The notes under the pieces were generated by a model. That model was given only the letters and a program-made list of their open reading frames with translations. It searched no databases and was not told where the DNA came from. The translations under genes were made by a program, and so were the position numbers. From Balanoglossus misakiensis (Eukaryota > Animalia > Hemichordata): a DNA stretch of 51,758 bases. The stretch is taken from the NCBI GenBank assembly GCA_040954595.2, contig CM082591.2, positions 8,996,859-9,048,616 of the forward strand. Direction: 5' to 3'. Shown here piece by piece: positions 1 through 13,899 of this stretch. Position 1 is the stretch's first letter. Each line of letters opens with the position of its first letter.

Positions 1-1932
1 CCATCATCCCCCCCCCATCCCCCCCCATCATCATCCATCATCATCATCATCATTCCATCATCATCTTCATCATCATCTCATTTCATTACCATCATCATCA
101 TCATCATCTTCTTTTATCATCATCATTTCATCACCATCATCATCATCATCATCATTCCATCATCATCATCAACATCATCACAATCATCATCATTATCATC
201 ACAATCATCATCACAATCATCTTCATCATCATCATCTTCATCATCATCTTCATCATCTTCTTTATCATCATTCATTACCATCATCATCATCATCATCTTC
301 TTTTATCATCATCATTTCATCACCATCATCATCATCATCAGTTCCATCATCATCATCAACATCATCACAATCATCATCATTATCATCACAATCATCATCA
401 CAATCATCTTCATCATCATCATCTTCATCATTATCATCATCTTCATCATAATCATCATCATCATCATCATTTTCATCATCATCATCACAATCATCATCAT
501 CACAATCATCATCATCATCATCTTCATCATCTTCATCTTCATCATCATCATCACAATCATTATTATCATCATCATCTTCATCATCACCATCATCATCATC
601 ATCTTCATCATCATCTTCATCACCTTACCTCCATACCTACCTACAAACAAACAAACAAACCTCCATCCATCATCATCATCATCTTCATCATAATCATCAT
701 CATCATCATTTTCATCATCATCATCACAATCATCATCATCACAATCATCATCATCATCACAATCATCATCATTATCATCTTCATCATCATCATCTTCATC
801 ATCATCATCATCATCTTCATCATCTTCATCTCCATCATCATCATCATCACAATCATTATTATCATCATCATCTTCAACATCATCGCCATCATCATCATCA
901 TCTTCATCATCATCTTCATCATCATCTTCATCACCTTACCTCCATACCTACCTACAAACAAACAAACAAACAAACCTCCATCCATCATCATCATCTTCAT
1001 CATCTTCATCTTCATCATCATCATCATCACAATCATCATCATCATCTTCATCATCATCATCATCACAATCATCATCACAATCATCATTATCATCATCTTC
1101 ATCATTATCATCATCTCATCATAATCATCATCATCGTTTTCATCATCATCACAATCATCATCATCATCATCATCACAATCATCATTATCATCTTCATCAG
1201 CATCATCTTCATCATCATCTTCATCATCTTCATCATCATCATCATCAAAATCATCATCTTCATCATCATCTTCATCTTACCTCCATACATACCTACAAAC
1301 AAACAAACAAACCTCCATCATCATCATCATTCCATCATCATTATCATCATCTTCATCAGCATCATTTTCATCATTTTCATCATCATCTTCATTTCATCAT
1401 AATCTTCATCATCATCATCATCATCTTCATCATCATCATCATCATCATCACAATCATCATCATCTTCATTATCATCCTCACAATCATCATCTTCATCATC
1501 TTCATCTCCATCATCATCATCACAATCATCATTATCATCATCATCATCATTATCATCACAATCATCATCATCATCTTATTATCATCATCACAATCATCAT
1601 CTTCATCTTCATCATCATCATCATCATCATCTTCATCTTCATCATCATCTTCATCACCTTACCTCCATACCTACCTACAAACAAACAAACAAACAAACAA
1701 ACCTCCATCCATCATCATCATCATCTTCTTCATCTTCATCATCATCATCAATCCATCATCACAATCATTATCATCATCATCATCTTCATCATTATCATTT
1801 TCATCATCATCATCATTCCATCATAATCTTCATCATCATCATCATCACAATCATCATCATCATCATCATCATCTTAATCATCACATCATCATTATCATCA
1901 TCATCTTCATTATCATCATCACAATCATCATC

Positions 1933-1967
<35 letters not shown>

Positions 1968-4180
1968 TCAATCATCACAATCATCATCACAATCATCATC
2001 ATCATCATCACCTTACCTCCATACCTACCTACAAACAAACAAACAAACAAACAAACAAACCTCCATCCATCATCATCATCATCTTCATCATCATCATCAT
2101 CATCATCACAATCATCATCACAATCATCATCATCATCATCTTCATCATTATCATCATCTTCATCATAATCATCATCATCATTTTCATCATCATCATCACA
2201 ATCATCATCATCACAATCATCATCATTATCATCTTCATCATCATCATCTTCATCATCATCATCTTCATCATCTTCATCATCATCATCATCATCATCACAA
2301 TCATCATCTTCATCATCATCTTCATCACCTTACCTCCATACAAACAAACAAACAAACAAACAAACAAACAAACAAACAAACAAACAAACAAACCTCCATC
2401 ATCATCATCATTCCATCATCATTATCATCATCTTCATCATCATCATTTTCATCATTTTCATCATCATCATCTTCATTTCATCATAATCTTCATCATCATC
2501 ATCATCTTCATCATCATCATCATCACAATCATCATCATCTTCATTATCATCCTCACAATCATCATCTTCATCATCTTCATCTCCATCATCATCATCACAA
2601 TCATCATTATCATCATCATCTTCATCATTATCATCACAATCATCATCATCTTATTATCATCATCACAATCATCATCTTCTTCATCTTCATCATCATCATC
2701 ATTCCATCATCATCATCATTATCATCATCATCATCATCATCATCTTCATCATTATCATTTTCATCATCATCTTCATTATTCCATCATAATCTTCATCATC
2801 TTCATTATCATCATCACAATCATCATCATCATCATCATCTTCATCATCATCATCACAATCATCATCATCTTCATTATCATCATCACAATCATCATCTTCA
2901 TCATCATCATCATCATTTAATCATCACAATCATCATCACAATCATCATCATCACCTTACCTCCATACCTACAAACAAACAAACAAACAAACAAACAAACC
3001 TCCATCCATCATCATCATCATCTTCATTATCTTCATCATCATCATCATCATCATCATCATTCCATCATCATCATCATTATCATCATCATCATCTTCATCA
3101 TTATCATTTTCATCATTTTCATCATCATCATCATTCCATCATAATCTTCATCATCATCATCACAATCATCATCATCATCATCACAATCATCATCATTATC
3201 ATCTTCATCATCATCTTCATCTTCATCATCATCTTCATCATCTTCATCACCTTACCTCCATACATACCTACAAACAAACAAACAAACAAACAAACCTCCA
3301 TCCATCATCATCATCATCTTCATCATCATCATCATCATCACAATCATCATCACAAACATCATCATCATCATCTTCATCATTATCATCATCTTCATCATAA
3401 TCATCATCATTTTCATCATCATCATCACAATCATCATCATTATCATCTTCATCATCATCATCTTCATCATCATCTTCATCATCTTCATCATCATCATCAT
3501 CACAATCATCATCTTCATCACCTTACCTCCATACATACCTACAAACAAACAAACAAACAAACAAACCAACAAACCTCCATCATCATCATCATTCCATCAT
3601 CATTATCATCATCTTCATCATCATCATTTTCATCATTTTCATCATCATCTTCATTTCATCATAATCTTCATCATCATCATCATCTTCATCATCATCACAA
3701 TCATCATCATCTTCATTATCATCCCCACAATCATCATCTTCATCATCTTCATCTCCATCATCATCATCACAATCATCATTATCATCATCATCTTCAGCAT
3801 TATCATCAGAATCATCATCATCTTATTATCATCATCACAATCATCATCTTCATCTTCATCATCTTCATCTTCATCATCATCATCATCATCATTATCATCA
3901 TCATCATCATCTTCATCATCATCTTCATCACCTTACCTCCATACCTACCTACAAACAAACAAACAAACAAACTCAATCCATCATCTTCTTCATTATTTAT
4001 TATTATTTATTTAGATTGAATGATGGAGGAGGATGAGGATGATGATTGATGATGGAATGATGTGATGATGGTGATGATGTGCTGAGGATGATGGTGATGG
4101 GGATGATGATGAGGATGATGGAATGATGTTGAGGATGATGATGTTATTATCACAATCATCATTTTCATCATCGATCAATG

Positions 4181-4229
<49 letters not shown>

Positions 4230-4488
4230 CAATCATCACCTACACACAAACAAACAAACAAACAAACTCAATCCATCATCTTCATCTTCTTCATCATCAT
4301 CATCATTCCATCATCATCATCATTATCATCATCATCATTTATTCTTATCATTTTCATCATCATCTTCATCATTCCATCATAATCTTCATCATCATCATCA
4401 CAATCATCATCATCATCATCATCATCTTAATCATCACAATCATCATTTTCATCATCATCTTCATGTCATCATAATCATCATCATCATC

Positions 4489-4522
<34 letters not shown>

Positions 4523-5034
4523 CTCATCACAATCATCATCACAATCATCATCATCTTCATTATCATCCTCACAATTATCATCTTCATCTTCATCATCTTC
4601 ATCTCCATCATCATCATCACAATCATCATTATCATCATCATCTTCATCATCATCATCATCACAATCATCATCATCTTCATTATCATCCTCACAATCATTA
4701 TCTTCATCTTCATCATCTTCATCTCAATCATCATCATCACAATCATTATTATCATCATCATCTTCATCATCATCATCACCATCATCATCATCATCTTCAT
4801 CATCATCATCAACACAATCATCATCATCTTCATTATCATCATCACAATCATCATCATCATCACAATCATTATTATCATCATCATCTTCATCATCATCACC
4901 ATCATCATCATCATCTTCATCATCATCTTCATCACCTTACCTCCATACCTACCTACAAACAAACAAACAAACAAACCTCCATCCATCATCATCTTCATCA
5001 TCATCTTCATCTTCATCATTATCATCATCATCTT

Positions 5035-5081
<47 letters not shown>

Positions 5082-5629
5082 CAATCATCATCATCTTCAT
5101 CATTATCATCATCTTCATCATAATCATCATCATCATCATCATTTTCATCATCATCATCAAAAATCATCATCATCACAAACATCATCATCATCACAATCAT
5201 CATCATTATCATCTTCATCATCATCATCTTCATCATCATCATCATCTTCATCATCATCATCATCACAATCATCATCTTCATCATCATCTTCATCATCTTC
5301 ATCACCTTACATACCTACAAACAAACAAACAAACAAACCTCCATCATCATCATCATTCCATCATCATCATCATTTTCATCATTATCTTCATCATCATCAT
5401 CATCATCTTCATCATCATCATCACAATCATCATTATCATCATCACCTTACCTCCATACATACCTACAAACAAACAAACAAACCTCCATCGTCATCATCAT
5501 CATCATCATCATAATCATCTTCATTATCACAATCATCATCATCACAATCATCATCATTATTATCATTACAATCATCATCATCATCATCACAATCATCATC
5601 GTCAACCAACCTCCATACATACAAACAAG
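1..5629 (+). repeat. Complex (CAT)n-based satellite with a periodic conserved spacer motif CACCTTACCTCCATAC(CTAC)n(AAAC)nCTCCAT
   Basis: Triplet array of CAT/CTT/TAT/CAC-AAT with almost no G on the + strand. The motif recurs at about 621, 932, 1276, 1656, 2009, 2326, 2953, 3248, 3519, 3929, 4933 and 5443. Confidence 0.97.
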
Positions 5630-5699
5630 CGCCCTCCAAACACACAAACTACCACACTCCTACAGACTGCCATATTTCATACCCACTACAATAATTCTA

Positions 5700-5965
5700 C
5701 ATTTAGATTCCATACGAATCTAAATTTAGAATGTTTTCAATTTTATCTTCACAGAAATATCTACAAGAACAAGGTTTTAAAGAAACTGGGTAAAGTTGAC
5801 AGCGAGCTTTGTAACTTCTGTTCTGAATACCCTGATTCTATATTACATCGATGATGGTTTTGCTCAGTTGTTAAAGCTTTTTGGAGGGAATATTGTATTT
5901 ATTTGATGATTTTAACATTGATATACAACTTGAGGCCAAACAAAAAAGTATGTGCTCTTCCTATT
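5700..5965 (+). pseudogene. Fragment of an L1/Tx1-type LINE ORF2 C-terminus (zf-RVT-like zinc motif)
   Basis: Translates KKLGKVDSELCNFCSEYPDSILHRxWFCSVVKAFW (CxxC..H..C); disrupted. Confidence 0.6.
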
Positions 5966-8101
5966 ACATGGTTTACAGAAATAGGGTAGGTGGCATAGGA
6001 AGTTTTTTTTACTGTGCAATATTGTTATATCTTTGGCCACCGTAGTGTAGAAGAATGACATCATAGTCGTTGTGCATTTCGCACAAATTTCCTTTTTTTT
6101 GCATTTGACATTGTTATTTTTACTTCCAGTTTACGAAGCTCTAAAAAGTTTAGGATCAGCGGGCTAATATTAGTATAGATATGGTACATCTACTTATTCT
6201 TGCCAAAATATATATGTTAGTCATTTTAAAAACCCTCAGAGACTTGTATGACACAATTACATGAACATGGTAACAGAAGTCGAATATTGTATTGCATTGA
6301 AAAATGGAACACTTGAGAAACACCAGTGTTAATGCATCTGTTAAACGGATTTCAACTCCGTAGCCTTGCTTTCTTTTTCGTCCTAATCTTTTTCGTGTAC
6401 TGTAGTTTTTTTATCTGTTTTATGTACTTGTTTTGTTTTGCATTATTAAATATATTATTAAAAAAATCCGTTGTTGATGAATGTTGTCTTGTTTTCATTG
6501 ACGGGTTCTGAACAATTTAGGTAGTCGACGTCTAGTATCTAGCCATTTTCTGTCCGCTTTGCTTCCAAAACTACGTCTATCGTCATGCATGTCACTGGCC
6601 CTGCCTCATACCCCTCAAGTATTTCGGGCAATATTTACGTCTTGCATGTAGCTACAGTTGCCCAAATGTTTCTTATATCTTCATTATGTAGTATTCCATG
6701 ATAAATGTACGGGAAAAATGGGCAATTTTCGATGATGAAAAAGGGATAAGCATGAGAAAAACAGGGGCTTTAAGGAAATGCATTATACTGTGTGTGTGTG
6801 TCTCCATTGATATGCGTCACATTTATCAGCCCGTTAAAATAATACTCTGATGAAGTTTTTGGTTAGACTGAAAATAATTTTACTTTCCAAACAATATAAG
6901 CTCAGTCATACAATACAGTCATACATTCGGAGATCACAAACGCAGCTTGTCTAGCTGCAGATGGGAAGTGTAGGCAGAAATCTGAAAAAATATAACACTT
7001 CAATTTATGATCATCTCTAATGTGATAATTTCATTGGTCGACTTTTCAAATACAGTGATATTTTTCATATGTTGAAAATATCTGAATAGCTCTATCAAAA
7101 CCTGTTGTGAAAATTTAAAAAAAACGACCATTTTGCAAGTGTTTACTCAAAATTCTACATATATTATAATTAAAAATGGGGAAAAAGCGGGACCACGAAA
7201 CCAGGTTGCAGGACAACTAAATTATTTTATTTACTGATATGGGGACAGAGTAGATTCAAAATGGATATACTCACCCCTGCTCGAAATGTGAAGAGACTCT
7301 TGGCTCTCTGTGAAAGCTAACAACAAACGCATCAACATGCATTAATTATGATACTACTGGGGAGTTAATGATAACCTTGCATCAAGGAGAGAAGTCCACA
7401 ATGGAGGTTAATCAACCCCTACCCCGTGTGTCATTTTTTCATCAGAAAATGGTGAATGTAATATTGATTACCATAACCAAATCTCTTTAGCCTATGGATT
7501 GGCAGCTTTTCGAAAAGACCGTAAATGAGTTGTTTTTTTCATGATCAATTCGGGGGGGGGGGAGTATTCGTGGGTCGACAACACGTCAAAGGAAATTATT
7601 GTAATGCCCAGCCTTTGAAAAATACGGGTCCTGATAATATTGTTGCAGCTTCTCGTGTAAATGGTACTGTAACATTGAACAACAAAATACCAGCTTTCAT
7701 GAGAAGATGACCGATATCCTTGTAGTAACGGAATCTTGGCTGAGTGACTCAAAACAGCATTTGACTATGAATGAACTTCGCTCATCGTTGATTGGTTATA
7801 ATATCTACAACTCTCCTGGTGCATCTCGTAGAGGTGGCGGAGTGGCATTAATTGTGCGGATAAATCTAACCACCAATGTTTCAACAAACTATAGTTTCTC
7901 ATCTTTTGAATAAAAGATTTACGTATTCAAGTAAAGTCTGAAATGATCCACATGATAGTTGTTTATCGTCCACCACAGTCAAGGAAAAATGGTTCAACAC
8001 CCAAAGCATTCTTCAGCGAATTCACATCGTTACTGGAGTGCGTTGTCGTTTCGCCTGGAAAATTACTTATATTTGGTGATTTCAACTTTCACATGGAAGA
8101 T

Positions 8102-10003
8102 AGATAGATAGATAGATAGTTTATTTCACCAGATAGATGCATTTGACGTAACTGGTGCGGACCAGGGAAGTAGTTCTAGTGGAACTCTAATCGTGTCCCT
8201 GGCCCTAAATACATACAAATCATTGAGACAATTAATATAATTGCCAATTCATATCACAAAGCAATAGTTGGTAGTCAAACAACGTCGTGACGAAGTAAAT
8301 AGGTTTATAATCTATGCTCAACAGATACAGTTTCAGAGAGCTTTTAAAAAAATTCCTTGATTGAATTGATTTTATTTGTGTAGGAATTTCATTCCAATGC
8401 TTGGTAATAGAATAGTATAAATTATTTTGAGATGAAGTAAGTTTTACTTTGGGAAGCGTAAACTTATCAGAAGAGGCAAATCTTGTAAAATATTTGTGTG
8501 ATACAAATGAAGCATAGCGATCTAGTGAGTGGGCATAATGCCCTGCCTTTAGATCACACGCAAAGACACAAGTTTGAAATTTACAGAGTTTATAAACATT
8601 AAGAATTCCAGGTAGCTGAAAAAGTGGTGCACTATGTGTATTAGGGCTAGAAAATGTTATAAGTCTCACAAGTCTGTTTTGCAATTTGAAAATACAATCT
8701 AAATAGGTTTTATACGCATTTCCCCATATTTCAATACAATACATTATATGGGGAAGGATAAGACAATTGTATAATAATAAAATTATAGACTTAGGGAGAT
8801 AATGGCGTACATATGAAATAATACCGATTTTTTGGCGAACCTTCTTAAAAATAATGTTGATGTGAGCCTTCCAGGATAATGATGAGTCAAGAGTAACTCC
8901 AAGATAAACAGCAGATAAAACATTTTGTATTGGTAAATCAGAGAGATATAAATCCCCTTCAGGCTTAAACTTCGCCTGGGCTGTTTTGAAAATAACATAG
9001 TTTGTTTTGTCAATATTAATAGTAAGTTTATTTGACTTACACCAGGTCTGTACTTTAGTAAGCTCAACATTCAGAGTGGCAAGATCGATTTTGTCCTGCT
9101 TATCTGAACAAAATAAATTGGTATCGTCAGCAAATAACCTGAATTGAAAATAGTCTGCGGACCTGCAGATATCATTTATATATACTAGAAAAAGAAGTGG
9201 ACCTAGAATTGATCCCTGTGAAATCCCACAGGAGGTCCTTTTCGCTTTTGAAGTACAATTATTGACCTTGACATACTGCTGTCGGTCTTCTATATTAGTC
9301 TTAAGTGTGGATCCCCTAATCCCATAGTGGCATAGCTTAGCTAACAAAATTGTGTGGAGATCTGCTAAAGCTAACTTAGTACTATATTTTGCGAAATCCT
9401 TATTGGCTGTTTGTGAGAATATCAATTTTTTCAAAAAGAGAAAACAGTTGCTTATTTACAATAGACTCGTACAGCTTACTAAAGATTGGCAAGACAGAGA
9501 TAGGTCTGTAATTTCCTATTTCATGAACACAACCCTTTTTAAAAATTGGTGTTACTCTTGCCATTTTCAGTTTCTCTGGAAAAATACCCTGTGACAAGGA
9601 AATATTAACAATATGAGCAAATGGTTCTGTAATATAATCAGCTGCTTCCTTTACAAGTTTTGGATATATTTCATCAAAACCAGCAGCTTAATAATGGTCT
9701 AATAAATTAATTTCTCTGAGTATATCACCAGAATGCACAGGATGGAAAAAGAAAGAATTAAATGACTAATACCAAGGTAATCATTGAAAATAGCGCTACA
9801 ATGTATTTGTGAAGCTAGATTTTGTCCAATGTTGACAAAAAAAATTAAAAGCGTCAACTATATCAATATTTTTAGTAACAAAATTCCCAGGGTTTTTGTC
9901 ATCTTTTATTTTTTGTGGAGCATTAACCTTTGAACTTTTGTTCAAGATTTCACTGATGACTTGCCATTTTTTGTTGTCCTTCCCAGAGGCTACAGACAGT
10001 TGC
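8102..10003 (-). mobile_element. 5'-truncated CR1-type LINE nested antisense in the L2 endonuclease domain
   Basis: RT motifs NYRPISVLP, GISQGSILGP, LFADDT, YCIEIWG. The 3' end is AAATAAAC + (TATC)n on the minus strand. AAGAT is duplicated at 8097-8101 and 10004-10008, and removing the insert restores host ..FHMEDDTNRD.. Confidence 0.92.
8232..9434 (-). pseudogene. C-terminal RT portion of the nested CR1-type LINE, with an internal deletion relative to the right-arm copy
   Basis: 400-aa ORF with QGSILGP and FADD; lacks the GIFIDFKKAFD segment present at ~41560-41645. Confidence 0.85.
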
Positions 10004-12259
10004 AAGATGATACTAATCGCGATGTAATCAAGTTTAAAAAACGTTTAGTATCATTGGATCTCGTCCAGCCTGTAACCTGCCCGACGCATGAAAGGAGTCA
10101 CACACTTGATCTGGTTATATCACATTCATCGCAAAATCTCGTTAAGGATTTTGAATTGAACAGTAGCCTACCATCGGATCATAGTTTGGTTAATTTTGCA
10201 TTTCGTTTGACTAGACCTCACACCAGGAAGATCAAAGCTGTTAGTCGGAAAATAACTAATATTGACTGCAATCAAGTGATGTCATGTATGAGTGACAATC
10301 CTCTCTCTACACTGGAAGGCGCATCTGTGGATATGTTGCTTCAGGATTATACTATCACTTTGTCCAGGGTATTTGATACTGTCGCCCCACCAACAACGAA
10401 AGTTGTCAACGACAAACCACGTGCACCTTGGTTCTGTGGCAAAATTCGTGATCATCAAAAGGAAGTCAGAAAATTACAACGTCACTATCTGGAATGTAAA
10501 TCCCCTGGAGATAAATAAACAAATCTTCCAAGCTAAACGCTCTGCTCATAATTTACTCGTCAACAACACCAGATCTGCCTACTATCGTTCAAAGATTGAA
10601 AACTCTGATCAACGTAAGTTATTCTCTATCATCGACGATATCATGGGTGAGAAATCATCATCGGCCCTGATTCTGCCACGTCATTGCGACTCCAAGGTTC
10701 TGGCTGAAGAGTTTTCGGACTTTTTCTTGAAGAAAGTGATGAAGATCAGAGAGTTACTGGATTCCACAAGTGGGGTACAAGAATTTTATGACTGGGGTCC
10801 AACATTTAATAATTTCATGTGTTTCAGAGCAATATGTCTCTTAGTTAATCAAATCAATGAATTCCAAATCTTGTAAACATGACCCAATCCCGACTTCTTT
10901 GCTGAAAATGTGCCTTCCATATATCAACACGTATCACAGACATAGTAAATAAGTCATTTATTTCTGGTGTTTTTCCGCAGTGTCTAAAACATGCCATAGT
11001 TAGAACTTCACTGAAGATGCATGGATTGGATCAAGATAAATTGAAAAACTTTCGACCTGTATCAAATCTTCGTTTATTGGTAAAGTCATTGAAAGGATAG
11101 CAGTAGATCAACTACATCATCATTTAACAAGGTCTCAGCTGTATTGCAAATTTCAATCTGCTTATCGAGAATTCCATAGCACAGAAACGGCTTTGCTAAA
11201 GGTACATAACGACATTGTAATTTCTATCGATAGTCATTCAGAAGTGATTCTTGTTCTTTTAGACTTGAGTGCTGCGTTTGATACCATTGACCATGACATT
11301 CTTTTGAAGAGTTTGGAGACTCGCTTTGGCGTCAAAGAACAAGTACTGGAGTGGTTTACGTCATACCTAAAATGACGTACTCAGAGTGTAATGGTCAATG
11401 GCGTCTCTTCTGAACCGCGTGAACTTTTATATGGAGTTCCACAAGGCAGTGTGTTGGGGCCGTTCTTATTTACAATAAATTGTGCCCCCTTGAGGACATC
11501 ATGGAAAAACACTTAATAAGCTTTATGATTTATGCTGATGATACACAAGTTTACTTAACCTGAAAGCGAGCTGATTATTCAAAGTTGCAGATTGAATCTT
11601 GCGTGGATGAGATTCGTAAATTGATGGCCGTGAACAAGCTTGTTTTAAATGACACTAAGACAGAATTAATTCATCATCATTCGAAATTCAGACCCTTTAC
11701 ACCGCTACCCGGACTACATGTCGGTACAGACCTAATCACCCCACCCCTAACCGTTGTCAGAGACCTTGGCTTTTATTTTGACAGTGTTGTTATAGCTCAT
11801 ACTCAAATTATGCAAGTCTGTAAGTCAGCCTCGTTTGTTTTAAATCGCATGGGTCGTATCCGTAACGTTTTAGATAGAAAAACTACTGAAACATTAATTC
11901 ACGCCTTCATAACATCATGTCTTGACTACTGTAATAGCTTGTACATTCATCTTCCTGAGTATCCCATTAACCGGTTACAACGCATACAGAACTCAGCGCT
12001 CGTTTGTTGACTCGCACTAAAAAAACGAACACATCAAGCCGGTCCTTCAAGAGTTAAAATGGCTCCCTGTCATCCATCGAATTGATTTCAAAGTTCTTAT
12101 GCTTACATACAAATGTCTTTATGGCTAAGCGCCAACCTATCTGTCAGATGATTCTCGTGGATACCCTCACATACGATCTTTTTCAATGTCCAATGCCATA
12201 TTATGATTACCATCCCAAATATAACATAGATCTGGGTCCGAGATGCCTTCTTTAACTTA

Positions 12260-13197
12260 GGGACCGTTCAGTTTTTACGGCCGGGGGGGGGGGGGGGCGG
12301 CAAAATCCAGGGGGGGGGGGTCACTTAAATTTTGAAGTCCACAAAGGGGGGGGGGGGTCATCTGTTTTTTTTAAACGTTTAGGGGGGTCACATACTTTTG
12401 CCACCGAACTTTTGCTTTTGAGTCCACAAAATTGCAGTTTCGCACCCTTTATTTTACCCCCTCCCACACCCACCCCCTTCATTCTCCGCCACATTTCATT
12501 TTTTGCTGGTTTGTCTAGTGTACCAGGGCAGAGTGCTTGCCACCCCAACCCCACCGATGATAATATTTAACAAAGTGAATACATAAAGGAGAATAATTGT
12601 TTAAACCATTTTGCATAACTGATAGTTTCGCGCTGCATCTTCTATATACTAGAAGTTTTATAAATGATGTCATGACAAGATGACGCCAAATCTTCTAACT
12701 TTGAGTTGAGTGGCAAAAAGTAAAATTGGTCCTCCCAAACATTGAGATAATTTGCTTTTGAGTTCATCAAAATGCAACTTTGCACTACATATTTTACAAA
12801 ATTTTCTTTATGTCGGAGGGGGACACCCCCTCCCAAGCCCACCCCCGCCACTTTTCTTGTTTTACCAATTCTAGCAAACATTGTATTGACTTGTCATTTT
12901 ATTTTGATCATAGATTTCTTTATTGCAACGATATACTATAATTATATACTTCAATAATACTTTAAGAAATATATAATTGAGGTGTGAGGAACCTCATTCC
13001 CTTTATTGCATACAGTGTACATAGGATCAGGACGGCGAATGTTTTCGGCGTGGGGGGGGGTCATCAAATTTTTGGGTCTGTCAAAGGGGGGTCATCATTT
13101 TTTGGTCCTGGGTGAAGGGGGGCCGGCCTGATTTTGAGAACCGATTACACAAACTTGCCGCGCCCCCCCCCCCCTGCCGTAAAAACTGAACGGTCCC
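12260..13197. mobile_element. Harbinger-type MITE (left arm only)
   Basis: TIRs GGGACCGTTCAGTTTTTACGGC / GCCGTAAAAACTGAACGGTCCC. TTA TSD at 12257-12259 and 13198-13200. Empty site TAA at 37230-37232. Confidence 0.92.
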
Positions 13198-13899
13198 TTA
13201 TGTGAAAAGGTAGCTAAAGAACACTGCATGCAAATTTCCCTCGTTCGGGGTGTAGGAATAGATAACCAAAAAATGCTTGCCTTCTAACGTTAAATCAACG
13301 ATAAGGTATCGACCATTTAGGTCTGAGATGACATTGTGAATTGAAAAATTACCACTGTTGATAGTGGTCATCATCCCCTACTGTTTGCATAGACGTGAGC
13401 ATACAATGCCTCTGAACTGACTGTTCCAGTATTTGACACTGCTTTGGCAACTGTGAGTTTCTTATAGCATTGTTATTGTTGCACCCTGGTTTCTAATCCA
13501 GGGGGAGATTTTCTTGCGTTTCTTAAGCTGGCCCATACCTCTGACATTTAGTGATAACCCACTAATGCCGTCAGTGACCATTGCCGATTGAATGTCAAAG
13601 AATTCTGGAAGATTCTGGCAGGATTATTCAACATGCGGACTTGGTTTTCAAGAATGAAAAAGTGAACAAACAGGACAAAAAAAACGTTCCCAAGAATTTC
13701 GAAATAAAGCGACGGAACGATAGTGAACAACAACAAGAACATGATGTAGCAAAAAGCCTGCATGCTCAACCCGCGGACCCGTCAAACAACAACATGTAAA
13801 AACCTACACAGTTAATCTGAAGGCAAAAACACGCCATAAAGTGTTATCACGCCAGCCTGGGATACTATTGCTTTGGCGTACACTAAAGAAGTTTGGTCC

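Larger units (their letters stand above)
7660..12150 (+). mobile_element. Decayed L2/CR1-group LINE ORF2 (APE endonuclease + reverse transcriptase), interrupted at 8102-10003
   Basis: Endonuclease motifs VTESWL, RRGGGVA, YRPP, GDFNFH, PTH..HTLDL. RT motifs FRPVSNL, QSAYR..HSTETALL, LDLSAAFD, GVPQGSVLGP, YADDTQ, LDYCNSL. Many stops and frameshifts; no 3' tail seen. Confidence 0.9.
5630..13246 (+). repeat. Left arm of a large inverted duplication
   Basis: Collinear reverse-complement match to 37184-46644. Examples: 5630 CGCCCTCCAAACACACAAAC vs 46625-46644; inner end GCAAATTTCCCTCGTTC (13230-13246) vs GAACGAGGAAAATTTGC (37184-37200). Confidence 0.95.

Noticed and set aside
621-5480. CRISPR-like pattern of constant repeat plus variable spacer
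   Set aside because: Spacers are 300+ bp of microsatellite, repeat length varies, there are no cas genes, and the context is eukaryotic (spliceosomal introns).
4123-5514. 463-aa poly-His/Ser/Ile ORF, and the many poly-Met ORFs in both terminal arrays
   Set aside because: Automatic consequence of (CAT)n/(ATG)n repeats; the frame wanders between His, Ile and Ser runs and there is no gene structure.
12283-12360. Long G runs suggesting G-quadruplex or telomeric sequence
   Set aside because: They are subterminal homopolymers of the Harbinger-type MITE, mirrored by C runs at ~13163-13174.
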